Below, one piece after another: positions 38,012 to 47,289 of a stretch of DNA of 64,000 bases. Position 1 is the first letter of the stretch, and the number at the start of each line of letters is the position of its first letter. The translations under genes and the position numbers were made by a program. The notes below the pieces were generated by a model. The model ran no database searches. It was given only the letters and a program-made list of their open reading frames with translations, and was not told the origin of the DNA. Source of the stretch: an uncultured virus (IMG/VR IMGVR_UViG_3300009703_000013). Its lineage: Duplodnaviria; Heunggongvirae; Uroviricota; Caudoviricetes. The stretch lies in the IMG/VR virus record IMGVR_UViG_3300009703_000013; one strand, given 5' to 3'.

Positions 38012-38037
38012 AAAAAGGGGGCCGAAGCCCCCTTTTT
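38012..38037. terminator. Intrinsic terminator after gp23
   Basis: AAAAAGGGGGC-TTCG-GCCCCCTTTTT on the minus strand (UUCG tetraloop). Confidence 0.92.
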
Positions 38038-38060
38038 TGAATTTGGTGTTTTAACCAAGA

Positions 38061-39380
38061 TTACATTAAGTTCGTAACTTGAACTCTTCTGTAGTATTTG
38101 TTAGTGTTCGCAGAAAGTGTAATTGCACCTTCAGCAGAAGCAGCAACAGTACCAGTATGGAATGGATTTGCAGCCATACCGTATCTTGTTTTGAAACCAA
38201 TTTTTGGTTGGAATGAGTTCTCACCTACCGCTCTAACCATTTGTAGAGGTACATAAGGACAATAGAATACACCAGCATCGTACGGTGAAGTTCCTTTGTA
38301 TCCTACTACGTAGTATTGTTTAGCAGCTATGTTTGCAGCGAATGGGTCGATGTAAACTCTGTATCTTCCATTTAATACACCAGCAAAAGTAGTTGTTGTG
38401 TCATCTACGTTTAGGTTAGTTGATAACGCAGGTGTGTAGTCTAGAACACCAGCCATTTGAAGAGCAGACGCAACGTCAGCACTTGTTATGATGATGTTAC
38501 CTTTTCCTCTTCTTGTTTCTTGACCGATAGCATTTGCATCTCTTTCGATTGCAAATAATAGACCTTTAAACTTCTCTACAGACCATCTTCCGTTTGAGTC
38601 TGTATCTAAGTCAAAGATACCTGCAGTTGTTGTGTTAACTTGAGCACCTTTAACAGCTGTGTTGTAAATTGTTCTTACAACTTCTCTGTTAATTTCCATT
38701 AAAATTTCACTTGATAAGATGTTAGCAAGTTCTGTTTCAGCATCTAAACCATGGATTGCTTTTAAGTCTTGAGCTAATTCCATAGTGTATTCTGCTTTAA
38801 GAGCTCTTGTTACCGCAGTAACGGTGTGTTTCTCAATTGAGAACGCCATTTCTGCGAATTCATCTGTACCATCACCTAGTGTTTCACCTTGTGCTGTTGT
38901 TTGACCAGTTACGAATGAGTATGTACCCGCACTTGGTGAGTCGTTAAGAACAGCTGGGTTAGTACCAGATTGATCGCCACCACCAGTATTACCAGCAGCG
39001 TCTTGGTTTGATAGATCAGGGATTAATGGGTCAGCCAAAGCTTCTTTACCAGTTTGAGAAGTTGCTCTTGCTCTCATTGCAAATATAAGACCTGTTGGTC
39101 CTGACATAGGCTGAACGCCACAAATGTCATATGCAATAAGGTTAGGCATACTTCTTCTAACTAGAGAAATAAGAATTGGGTCCCAATTGTCAACAGCTGA
39201 ACCAGTTGCGTTAGTCGGTGCAGCCTCTCCCAAGAATGCTCTATCTTCTTTCATAGATTTCTCTTGGTTTTCCAAGATTAAAGTAGTAACAGCTCGTCTG
39301 TACGCATCGCCGATTTTTGGTAACTCGGGATGCTCTAGGACTGGCTGCCACTTTTCTTGTAGATGTTGTGTTTGAAACAT
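38061..39380 (-). CDS. 23: Major capsid protein gp23
   Basis: DPILISLVRR, GVQPMSGPTGLIFAMR, RALKAEYT.ELAQDLKAIHGLDAE, FQPKIGFKTRYG. Confidence 0.99.
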   Translation of the reverse strand: MFQTQHLQEKWQPVLEHPELPKIGDAYRRAVTTLILENQEKSMKEDRAFLGEAAPTNATGSAVDNWDPILISLVRRSMPNLIAYDICGVQPMSGPTGLIFAMRARATSQTGKEALADPLIPDLSNQDAAGNTGGGDQSGTNPAVLNDSPSAGTYSFVTGQTTAQGETLGDGTDEFAEMAFSIEKHTVTAVTRALKAEYTMELAQDLKAIHGLDAETELANILSSEILMEINREVVRTIYNTAVKGAQVNTTTAGIFDLDTDSNGRWSVEKFKGLLFAIERDANAIGQETRRGKGNIIITSADVASALQMAGVLDYTPALSTNLNVDDTTTTFAGVLNGRYRVYIDPFAANIAAKQYYVVGYKGTSPYDAGVFYCPYVPLQMVRAVGENSFQPKIGFKTRYGMAANPFHTGTVAASAEGAITLSANTNKYYRRVQVTNLM

Positions 39381-39410
39381 TAGTTTCTCCTTTTTATTTT
39401 CTACTATTTA

Positions 39411-40817
39411 TTAGTTTGCACTCTTTACAGATTTTCCGATAGCGGATAGATATTTTGCCATCGGTCCGTCAGCAACGTCCTGTACAGCGGTGCCAGTTTC
39501 TACTTCATCATTATTAGTTTCAGTCAATGGCTTTTGTCTAGGGAAATAATTTTCCTTGATCGTAGTAAGTTTCTCAGCATAAGTATCCTTATCTGTAAAC
39601 TCAACTTCTTTTGCCAATGATTCAAACTTTTCAACTTCTGTTTCAGTTAAATCTGAAGTAACCTCAGATTTTACTGATTCCTTAATTAGAGTACCTTCTT
39701 GTCTTCTTGCCTCAACAACTTGTTGAGTAGTTTCTTCAAGTTTTTTCTCTAATTTAGAAATTTTATCAGCTTGCGCTTCTAATACGTCATACTTTTCAGC
39801 AGGTACATCGATGTAGTGATCTTCGAATAACTGCTTAAGACCAGATATGAAGTCTTCAGCGATTTCGCCTTTTAAGCCTCTTTCGATTGCTAGTTCATTT
39901 TCTTTCATCCACTCAGCAACAACATAGTCTAAGTAACCATCAACTTTTTCAGATAATGATTTTTTAGTTTCTGCGATTTCTGATCTTACTTCATCTTGAT
40001 ACTCTTCTTCAAGTCTCTTGATTTCAGCTCGGATTTTAGATTTAACAGCTGTTTCGAAAATTGTAGCAGCTTTAGTTTTGAACTCATCTGATAAAGAGTC
40101 GTCAGCATTCATAAGAGCTTGAACATCTTCTTGTACGTTGATGTCTTTCATTCTTGCTTCTACTGCTTCATCTTTAGCGACTTCTTCTTTTTTCATACCA
40201 TGAGCCATGTCTGACATGTATGCAGCATGAAGTTTTTCCATTTTGTCTTTCTTCATTTTGCTCATACCATTCATCATTTCTTGGTACATTTCGTCTTTAG
40301 TTTTGTCAGCAGCCGCAGAGTGATAAGAATTGTACATCTTCATCATGTCTTCTTTTTTCATATGCTTCATTGCTTTAAGCATTTTTTCTTTCATATCATC
40401 ATGAGACATTTCTTTTTGCTCTTCGTCTTCTTTGTCAGAATGTGCGTCTTCAGATTTTTCGTCTTCTTTATCTTTTTTATCTTTTGACTCGTCTTCTTTA
40501 TCTTCTTCGTCTTCTTCTTTAATTTTTTTGATTGCGTCTGGTTTGCCTTCACCCTTTTGTTGTGCGTCACCAGAAACTTCTTTTGCTTTTTTAGAAGCCT
40601 CTTTACCTGGGTCAGTAGCATCTTTAGGGTCTGTTACTGCTTTTCCCATATCTTCTGGTTTGTCATCACCTGCGAGTGCTGGCTTGATTTTGCCCATAGG
40701 TTCTGCTTTTGTAGCAGACTTTGTAGGAGCATTAGGAGCAGTTCCATTGGCTTCTTCTAATTCAGCCAAAACTTCCGCTTCTAATTCCTCTATGGTTTTG
40801 TCTATTTCTGTAGCCAT
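39411..40817 (-). CDS. 22: Prohead core scaffold gp22 (extended N-terminus)
   Basis: FKTKAATIFETAV, VDGYLDYVV.EWM.EN, FEDHYIDVP; between gp21 and gp23. Confidence 0.93.
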   Translation of the reverse strand: MATEIDKTIEELEAEVLAELEEANGTAPNAPTKSATKAEPMGKIKPALAGDDKPEDMGKAVTDPKDATDPGKEASKKAKEVSGDAQQKGEGKPDAIKKIKEEDEEDKEDESKDKKDKEDEKSEDAHSDKEDEEQKEMSHDDMKEKMLKAMKHMKKEDMMKMYNSYHSAAADKTKDEMYQEMMNGMSKMKKDKMEKLHAAYMSDMAHGMKKEEVAKDEAVEARMKDINVQEDVQALMNADDSLSDEFKTKAATIFETAVKSKIRAEIKRLEEEYQDEVRSEIAETKKSLSEKVDGYLDYVVAEWMKENELAIERGLKGEIAEDFISGLKQLFEDHYIDVPAEKYDVLEAQADKISKLEKKLEETTQQVVEARRQEGTLIKESVKSEVTSDLTETEVEKFESLAKEVEFTDKDTYAEKLTTIKENYFPRQKPLTETNNDEVETGTAVQDVADGPMAKYLSAIGKSVKSAN

Positions 40818-40853
40818 TGGAATGTTCTCCCTTTTCTTTTTATTTAGTACTAT

Positions 40854-40861
40854 TATTTATA
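40854..40861 (-). promoter_or_regulatory. Late promoter TATAAATA
   Basis: Exact consensus upstream of gp22. Confidence 0.8.
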
Positions 40862-40874
40862 AAACTTGGCACTT

Positions 40875-41537
40875 TTAACTCAACATTTTTAAGAATTTTG
40901 CGAATTCTAGTGCTTTCATTTTATCTTCTCTTAATCGAGTTCTCTTCTCAATTCTTTGTTTCATCTCAAATACTTCCGACTCGACTAAATTACCATGGTC
41001 CCATACCCACTCTTTACCTTCCATAATTCCCTCTACGAAAGCGTTTGGAGCAGACGGGTCTGCCACGATATCCCCTGCTGTTGCAAGTTTGAAGTCGCTT
41101 CTCACATAGTTAGCACCGCCTCTTTGGTCTAAACTTCCCATACCCCTTGATGATACACCGAGAGTTGCACCCTCGTCCATAAGGTTTTTTACGATTTCAC
41201 CCATCGGAGTCGACATAATTTTTGCTTCTCCTACAAAATTATCGCCCTCTGGTTTTAGTTCAGTTATCATATGTGACACTCTGTCTAAATTAACCGTTGG
41301 ACCTTCTGGGTGACCTAATTCACCAAAGGCTCTATTCTTTTGAACATACTCTTTATTGTAGTTTGCAACCTCTTTCATCAAAATGTCTTTTGGATATACT
41401 CTTCCATTTCTATTTTTGATGTTAGATTGCATAAAGATACCTTTGATCTTATATTCTTTTTTACCGTTTTTCTCTTCAATTAAATAATTGTTTGAAGAGA
41501 AATCAGTTGCTTCTGTTATTAGTTTTACTTTACTCAT
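40875..41537 (-). CDS. 21: Prohead protease gp21
   Basis: KNRNGRVY, GELGHP, GVSSRGMGS, DIVADPSAP.AFV. Confidence 0.97.
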   Translation of the reverse strand: MSKVKLITEATDFSSNNYLIEEKNGKKEYKIKGIFMQSNIKNRNGRVYPKDILMKEVANYNKEYVQKNRAFGELGHPEGPTVNLDRVSHMITELKPEGDNFVGEAKIMSTPMGEIVKNLMDEGATLGVSSRGMGSLDQRGGANYVRSDFKLATAGDIVADPSAPNAFVEGIMEGKEWVWDHGNLVESEVFEMKQRIEKRTRLREDKMKALEFAKFLKMLS

Positions 41538-41541
41538 ATTC

Positions 41542-41922
41542 CTAGCTTAAGTTATCATATCCGTCTGTTTTTTTCAACTTTAGAATAATAAACCCAACAG
41601 ATGCACTTGAATTTGTTAATAGAACATCGCCAGTTACACCTGAACCAGCATTGTTTTTGATTGTTGGTAATGATTGTGATGTATTATACGCTCCATTACC
41701 ATTTAAAGATAATGCAACCACATTAGAAGTTGCATCGAATAGTAAATCTGTTTGTGAACCTACTGACCATTGACACGCAACAATCGATAGTTTTGGACCT
41801 GAGTCATGTCCAGCTAGACCTGACGCATCAACAACTGTTGCAGCTGAGTTTGTACCAGTAGTTGTTATTTTAACAACGTGTTCGAAATCTGAATCTACCA
41901 ATGTTTGTAATACTACTGCCAT
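41542..41922 (-). CDS. Hypothetical virion protein
   Basis: Beta-rich Gly/Ser/Thr ORF inside the head module. Confidence 0.65.
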   Translation of the reverse strand: MAVVLQTLVDSDFEHVVKITTTGTNSAATVVDASGLAGHDSGPKLSIVACQWSVGSQTDLLFDATSNVVALSLNGNGAYNTSQSLPTIKNNAGSGVTGDVLLTNSSASVGFIILKLKKTDGYDNLS

Positions 41923-41931
41923 TTTTATTCC

Positions 41932-42180
41932 TTACTTCATAAATCCGATTGCTTCTTTTTCAAAATAACTAAGTAGGTCTTGTTCTTTCACTTTGTACTT
42001 TTTAGAGACATCGGATATAGTCTTTTCAAAAGTATTTAGGAAATTTTGAGGTTTGGCGTCCATTTTTTTGAATATATCATCGACTGCCCTCTTCATTTTA
42101 GGCGACAATTTTCTATATTCTTTAGTTCTTTTGAACTCATCGGCCTCAAATGTTTGAGTATAAACCTCTTCAAATTTCAT
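41932..42180 (-). CDS. Hypothetical prohead core protein
   Basis: In the gp67/gp68 position between portal and protease. Confidence 0.6.
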   Translation of the reverse strand: MKFEEVYTQTFEADEFKRTKEYRKLSPKMKRAVDDIFKKMDAKPQNFLNTFEKTISDVSKKYKVKEQDLLSYFEKEAIGFMK

Positions 42181-42183
42181 TTT

Positions 42184-42396
42184 TTACTCTGTTTCTTTAA
42201 CTTCAGGTTCTACTGCTGGTGCTTCTGGTTCTACCTCTGTTATATGATCTCTTACAAAACCTTTTGCTACTTCTTGTTTTTTAGTATCAATAGCCATTGC
42301 GATTTTGTCTTTCATAACATCTTTAAAAGCATCCTCAGCATCTAAGTTGCTACCTGTGTGTATTGCGTCTATAACTTTATCACTGGTCATTTTCAT
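42184..42396 (-). CDS. Probable gp67-like prohead core protein
   Basis: Small, acidic C-terminus, immediately after the portal gene. Confidence 0.6.
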   Translation of the reverse strand: MKMTSDKVIDAIHTGSNLDAEDAFKDVMKDKIAMAIDTKKQEVAKGFVRDHITEVEPEAPAVEPEVKETE

Positions 42397-43969
42397 CTCC
42401 TATTTCATCTTCTGGTTCTTGGTTATCTGCAGGTTCTGTATTACCTGTTGGTCTATTTGTGACACCTGAGTTAGGTGGTAAATCCACACCGCCATCTTCT
42501 ACATCAAGACCTGCTTCTTTGTTCATTTGATCTTTCATCTCATCAATTTCGTGTTCAGTAAATTTAAGTACGTTTTGTTGTACCCATTTCTTACTAAAGA
42601 ATGTTCCTACAAAACTTTCAATAGCTCCTAATTGATCTATCTTCTCTCTTAATAATTCTGCATTTTTTAATTCTGCAAAGTTATTGTCTTGTAAGAAGTC
42701 ATAACTTATTCTTTCTTTTATAGAACTCCACTCTTCTACATTAATAACACCTTTTAAAACTAATTGTGATTTAAGTATATCATTAAATAAAGGTGTAAAC
42801 TTCTTTCTAATTTTCTGTACAAACTTTGTAAATTTTAATTCATCTCTAGTAATCTCTGTTGATCTTCCTAAAGAAAAGTTTTGTTCAGCTTCTAATCTTG
42901 ATATGGGAACATTTAAAGAACGATATAATTTTCTTTGAAAGTAAACTATATCCTCTATTTCACCTAAGTTGTTTCCACCTGGTAAAGTTGTAATCTCTGT
43001 ACCTCTGCCACCTTCTCTTCTTGGTAACCAAAAGTCTTCAAGCATTGACATGTGATTTCTGTCGTCTCTAATCTCACCAGTCTTTGCATCATACACTAAT
43101 TTATTTCTATATCGGTGCATAACATCTTTTAGATATTGTTCTGCTTTTGCTTTTGGTAAATTACCAACATCAATATAAAAGATTCTTCTTTCTGGTGCTC
43201 TTGATATTCTATAGATAACAAGACTGTCTTCAATCATTCTTAATTGATTAACAGGTTTAATTGCTTTGTGCAAATAAGATAAAACCATATTTCTATTTGC
43301 ATCTACCAAACCAGATGGACAATATGCTACTGAGTCTGGTGATAGTCTAGTACCAATTAAAGTGTTACTACCACTTCCCCCATACATCATGCCTTTTGGA
43401 TTGTAAACATAGTAGTCCTCAGATTTTTTAATTATATCTGGTCCTATTGCTTTAGGTTGTTTCTTAACTTCTTTAACTTTTTTGATTTGTCTTGGGTCGA
43501 TATATCTAACTTCTTGAATACCTAATTTTGGATTTTTGGTATCAATAACTTTATGATAGTAAAGCCTACCATCAATATACCATCGTCTGAATATGTCTGG
43601 TCCTTTAGTATCAAAATCTAATAATCTTAATACTTGATCAAACTCTTCTCTAATTCTATTTTTTACTCTAGTGTTATAAGGTAAGTTGTCTGTTATTACT
43701 TCTACAGATTGATCTCTTTCATTTGCAACAATAGCTTCATTAATGATATCTTCAATTGCACTATCACACTCTGGTTGATTCGCAATGTCTCTATATCTAC
43801 GAACAAGGTCTTGTTCGTTTCTGTCTCTACCGTCTTGATCTAGAACTTGAGCAAAGTGCCCACCGCCTGCGATTTCTACTGTGCCATCGTCAGGCGATTT
43901 TTGGGTAAACTTTTCTTGGCTCTCTGTATCTTTTATTCTTTCGAATTTAAATCCGAATAGCTCTGCCAT
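42380..43969 (-). CDS. 20: Portal protein gp20
   Basis: WYIDGR, YLHKAIKPVNQLRMIED, RAPERRIFYIDVGNLP, EDFWLPRREGGRGTEI. Confidence 0.99.
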   Translation of the reverse strand: MAELFGFKFERIKDTESQEKFTQKSPDDGTVEIAGGGHFAQVLDQDGRDRNEQDLVRRYRDIANQPECDSAIEDIINEAIVANERDQSVEVITDNLPYNTRVKNRIREEFDQVLRLLDFDTKGPDIFRRWYIDGRLYYHKVIDTKNPKLGIQEVRYIDPRQIKKVKEVKKQPKAIGPDIIKKSEDYYVYNPKGMMYGGSGSNTLIGTRLSPDSVAYCPSGLVDANRNMVLSYLHKAIKPVNQLRMIEDSLVIYRISRAPERRIFYIDVGNLPKAKAEQYLKDVMHRYRNKLVYDAKTGEIRDDRNHMSMLEDFWLPRREGGRGTEITTLPGGNNLGEIEDIVYFQRKLYRSLNVPISRLEAEQNFSLGRSTEITRDELKFTKFVQKIRKKFTPLFNDILKSQLVLKGVINVEEWSSIKERISYDFLQDNNFAELKNAELLREKIDQLGAIESFVGTFFSKKWVQQNVLKFTEHEIDEMKDQMNKEAGLDVEDGGVDLPPNSGVTNRPTGNTEPADNQEPEDEIGDENDQ

Positions 43970-44006
43970 AATGTACTCCTACTTTTTATGTATTTATGTA
44001 GGTAAA

Positions 44007-44537
44007 TTAGAAGTTAACGCCACTTGCTTCGAAGTGTTGATATCTCCATGTCACCTCAAACTCTTCCAATGCATTTGTTGACTCATATGCTACGTCAATT
44101 TGTGCAACTGTTAATGGATGAGCATTTCTAAAGATGTAGTTTTTAAGAACTGTATCATCTCTATCTAATTGTTCAACGAATAAATCAGCAGAATATTCAG
44201 CAGGTGTAGATACACCAGTGTTTTCTACTAAATCATTGATACCATTCATCCAACGCTCTATAGCATTTCTTACCATAAAGTCTGTATCGTTAATGAATGT
44301 TGTTGACCATGTTTCGAACTCTCTGTCACCAGCGATGTAGATATTTCTACCTCTGAATGGTACAGGTATTTCACCAAGTGTTTGGCCTGGTAAGTTTGAA
44401 GCTTTTGCTAAGAAAGAACTTCTTCTTACATCAAGTCCTATTGCAATACCTGGTGGTGGTGTAATAGTGACTCTAAACTGATTGGGTCTAGCGCCTCCAC
44501 CGATTAGGTTTGCTTTAAAGTCGTCTATTCTAGCCAT
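44007..44537 (-). CDS. 19: Tail tube protein gp19
   Basis: GGARPNQF, VPFRGR...AGDREF.TW, IERWMNGIN. Confidence 0.96.
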   Translation of the reverse strand: MARIDDFKANLIGGGARPNQFRVTITPPPGIAIGLDVRRSSFLAKASNLPGQTLGEIPVPFRGRNIYIAGDREFETWSTTFINDTDFMVRNAIERWMNGINDLVENTGVSTPAEYSADLFVEQLDRDDTVLKNYIFRNAHPLTVAQIDVAYESTNALEEFEVTWRYQHFEASGVNF

Positions 44538-44538
44538 C

Positions 44539-46548
44539 TTACGCTCCTCCTACTTCGGTAAACGCAACACCAGTTCTAGTAGCAATAAATGATAAAGTTA
44601 TGAAGTTAATGCTTCTTGCAGGTTTTACAAAAATGTCTGCAACAAACTCATTTCTATCAATTACTTCACCAGTATTATTACTTGCGTCTGCTATTACTCT
44701 AAAGTCACTTATTCCTCTTCGACCTTGTATGTCTCTTAGGAATGGCTCAACTAAGTTTCTAAATTGTGCTCTAGTAAACTCATCATTGAACTCAAACAAT
44801 TGGAATTTAGCAGCTGTTGCTATTGCTTTTTCTAGAAGTAAGAATAGTCTTCTTACGTTTATTCTATCGAAAGCACTTGGTTTAGTTAATGCAGTTTTGT
44901 CACCAAATAAAACAACACCTTGACCTGGGAAGTTAACAACTGGGTTAATTCTTGCTCTGTAAAGTATATCTCTCTGAGCTTGGTTAGGGTTGTAAGATAA
45001 TTTGATTGCGCCTCTTATGTTTCCTCTGTTAAATCCAGCAGGTGAAAAGAAGCTATCTGCTACTCTATCTGTATTAGCACATAATCCAGCAATGTCACCA
45101 TTTAATGGTACAAATCTAAACTCATCATTGTATTTGTCATACATGTATTTGTATCCACTATCGAATACTACGTATGATGAACTAGGACATAAATCAAATG
45201 CTGTTTTTACGTTTTCAGTTTGTGTTGTATCGTTAGCAACATTAACTGTTGCACCTCTATGTGGTGATACGAATGCTACACAGTCTTTTCTTTTTTCAAC
45301 TAAATCAGTAATCATAGTTACGTGTGTGTCTTGACCACTTGATGTATCTGCTACAATAGAAGATGGTCCACCAATAACTAGATTGATATCAATTGACTCT
45401 GTATCACTAAACTTATCATATGCACTTTCAATCTCTCCAGCAGTTACGGCGTAGTCGTCTGTACCAGATGCTAAGTTTGTAGCAGTTGGTGTATCTACAG
45501 CTGTGTATGCTGATGTAGTATCAGTTCCCCAATTTGAACCACCTGAGTTGTGGTCCATCCAAAATATATTTTCTGATTGATTATAAATTACATTTGGATA
45601 ATAATTTGTATTACCTTGAGCAGTTTTTGCATTAGGGTTTTTTGACATGTTTGCAAAAGTTTCGATAATTGCATTTTGTCTATTTCCGTTTGAATCAACG
45701 TCAAAACCTGTAATGTCACCAGTAGTATCATAAACTACTACGTGAATTTCGTCACCTGAACCTCTACCGTTTTGAGTTGCCCATGCAGATGTACCTGGAG
45801 CTCCGTCAAATCTGTCGTAAAATCTCCAACGTCTTTTGATGAAAGAGTTATCAGGTATGACGTTATGAACACCACCACCGTTAGGGTCGTCTAATCTTTT
45901 GATTGTTGCAACATTAGTTGAAGTATCGATTGCTGTTACTTCGTATTGTTTTCCGTCTTCACCAGTTACAGGTGTTGTACCTGCTGAGTCTGTAAAGAAA
46001 GATATAATATCTCCAACGTGTATTTCATCGTCAGCTAAATCTATGTTATCTACTGCGATTGATGTTGAACCTACTGCATCTTCACCAACTGTTTGGTTAG
46101 ATGATGTCAACATTTCTTCGTATGCTGTTGCTGTTGCACAAATAGAAACTCCTATAGAATTTCCCCATGTTCCAGCTGATCTTGCAGCCCACTCACCAAC
46201 AGATGCTTCGCCTGCAGCGAAAGAACCTTGATAGTGGTCTGTATCTCTAATTAGTATTGCTGTACCTGATGCAACTGCGTTAACTACTCCACTTTCTGCT
46301 CTTACTACTCTCAAAGAGTTTGTATATTGTAGGAAGTTTGCAGCTGAAAAGAATGTCTCAAAGTTTGAGTCATTTGGTTTTCCAAAATTTTTAATAAGGT
46401 CTTCTTCAGACGTTATAGTTGTTACAGATGAAACAGGGCCTTTTTGAAATGCTCCAGCGATTGCACCTATAGATGTTGCTACTGCTGGTACCACATTTGT
46501 TAAGTCAACTTCTTTTACCTGAACGCCAGGTGAGACTAAAAATGCCAT
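44539..46548 (-). CDS. 18: Tail sheath protein gp18
   Basis: SPGVQVKEVD, SPAGFNRG, FDRINVRRLF, FEFNDEFTR, KPARSINFI. Confidence 0.98.
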   Translation of the reverse strand: MAFLVSPGVQVKEVDLTNVVPAVATSIGAIAGAFQKGPVSSVTTITSEEDLIKNFGKPNDSNFETFFSAANFLQYTNSLRVVRAESGVVNAVASGTAILIRDTDHYQGSFAAGEASVGEWAARSAGTWGNSIGVSICATATAYEEMLTSSNQTVGEDAVGSTSIAVDNIDLADDEIHVGDIISFFTDSAGTTPVTGEDGKQYEVTAIDTSTNVATIKRLDDPNGGGVHNVIPDNSFIKRRWRFYDRFDGAPGTSAWATQNGRGSGDEIHVVVYDTTGDITGFDVDSNGNRQNAIIETFANMSKNPNAKTAQGNTNYYPNVIYNQSENIFWMDHNSGGSNWGTDTTSAYTAVDTPTATNLASGTDDYAVTAGEIESAYDKFSDTESIDINLVIGGPSSIVADTSSGQDTHVTMITDLVEKRKDCVAFVSPHRGATVNVANDTTQTENVKTAFDLCPSSSYVVFDSGYKYMYDKYNDEFRFVPLNGDIAGLCANTDRVADSFFSPAGFNRGNIRGAIKLSYNPNQAQRDILYRARINPVVNFPGQGVVLFGDKTALTKPSAFDRINVRRLFLLLEKAIATAAKFQLFEFNDEFTRAQFRNLVEPFLRDIQGRRGISDFRVIADASNNTGEVIDRNEFVADIFVKPARSINFITLSFIATRTGVAFTEVGGA

Positions 46549-46596
46549 TTGTTTTCTCCTTGTAAAGTATAGCTATTACTTTTAATTTTATATCTG

Positions 46597-46655
46597 TATT
46601 TATAGATATTTAATTTTCAAAACCCTATTATTTATAGACTAACTGAATATAAATA
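46597..46655. promoter_or_regulatory. Cluster of late promoters: two minus-strand (46597-46604, 46629-46636) and one plus-strand (46648-46655)
   Basis: Three exact TATAAATA matches. Confidence 0.75.
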
Positions 46656-46662
46656 CTGCATT

Positions 46663-46962
46663 ATGCAATCCCACTATGAGAAATACAAAGAAACTATCAA
46701 AAAAGTAGCAAGAAGACATTATAATAAAAGGGTATCTTGGTTAAATCAACATTTATCTGATAAGTCTTGTCATAATTGTGGTGAAAGTGAAACTATATGT
46801 CTAAAGTTTCATCCTCACGATTCTCAAATACGTAAAATATCTAAAACAAATGGTATCAATGGGTCTGGTAGACAAGAGATACTAAATCTTATAGATAGTT
46901 CAAAAATTATATGTCACAATTGTTGGATTAAATTAGATAATGATTTAATCGAACTTATATAA
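46663..46962 (+). CDS. HNH-like zinc-binding protein
   Basis: CHNC...LKFHPHD...EI...IICHNC, the layout of phage HNH proteins; opposite strand to neighbours. Confidence 0.65.
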   Translation: MQSHYEKYKETIKKVARRHYNKRVSWLNQHLSDKSCHNCGESETICLKFHPHDSQIRKISKTNGINGSGRQEILNLIDSSKIICHNCWIKLDNDLIELI

Positions 46963-47289
46963 CATTGGATAATTAAATAATTCACTTAAATATCTTACAT
47001 AATATTTTCCATAAGTCTTTATTAAGTGTGATGATATAAAATGTATTTTAGGACACATTAATACATCATCTATAGATTGTGTTGTTTTTCCACTAATAAT
47101 AACTTGCACATCAAATAGATATCTAACAATTTGATAAAACTCTATATTCCAACTATCTAAATGTATTATGTTATATTTTACAGATAAATCTATTTGATCT
47201 GTAGGATTATCAAAAACTTTCACCATTTTTGGAAAGTAATCTAATATTTTTTTATCGCCTATTATAATTAAAAGTTTATTCATTACCAA
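46945..47289 (-). CDS. Hypothetical protein
   Basis: 114-aa ORF overlapping the gp17 stop. Confidence 0.55.
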   Translation of the reverse strand: MVMNKLLIIIGDKKILDYFPKMVKVFDNPTDQIDLSVKYNIIHLDSWNIEFYQIVRYLFDVQVIISGKTTQSIDDVLMCPKIHFISSHLIKTYGKYYVRYLSELFNYPMLYKFD

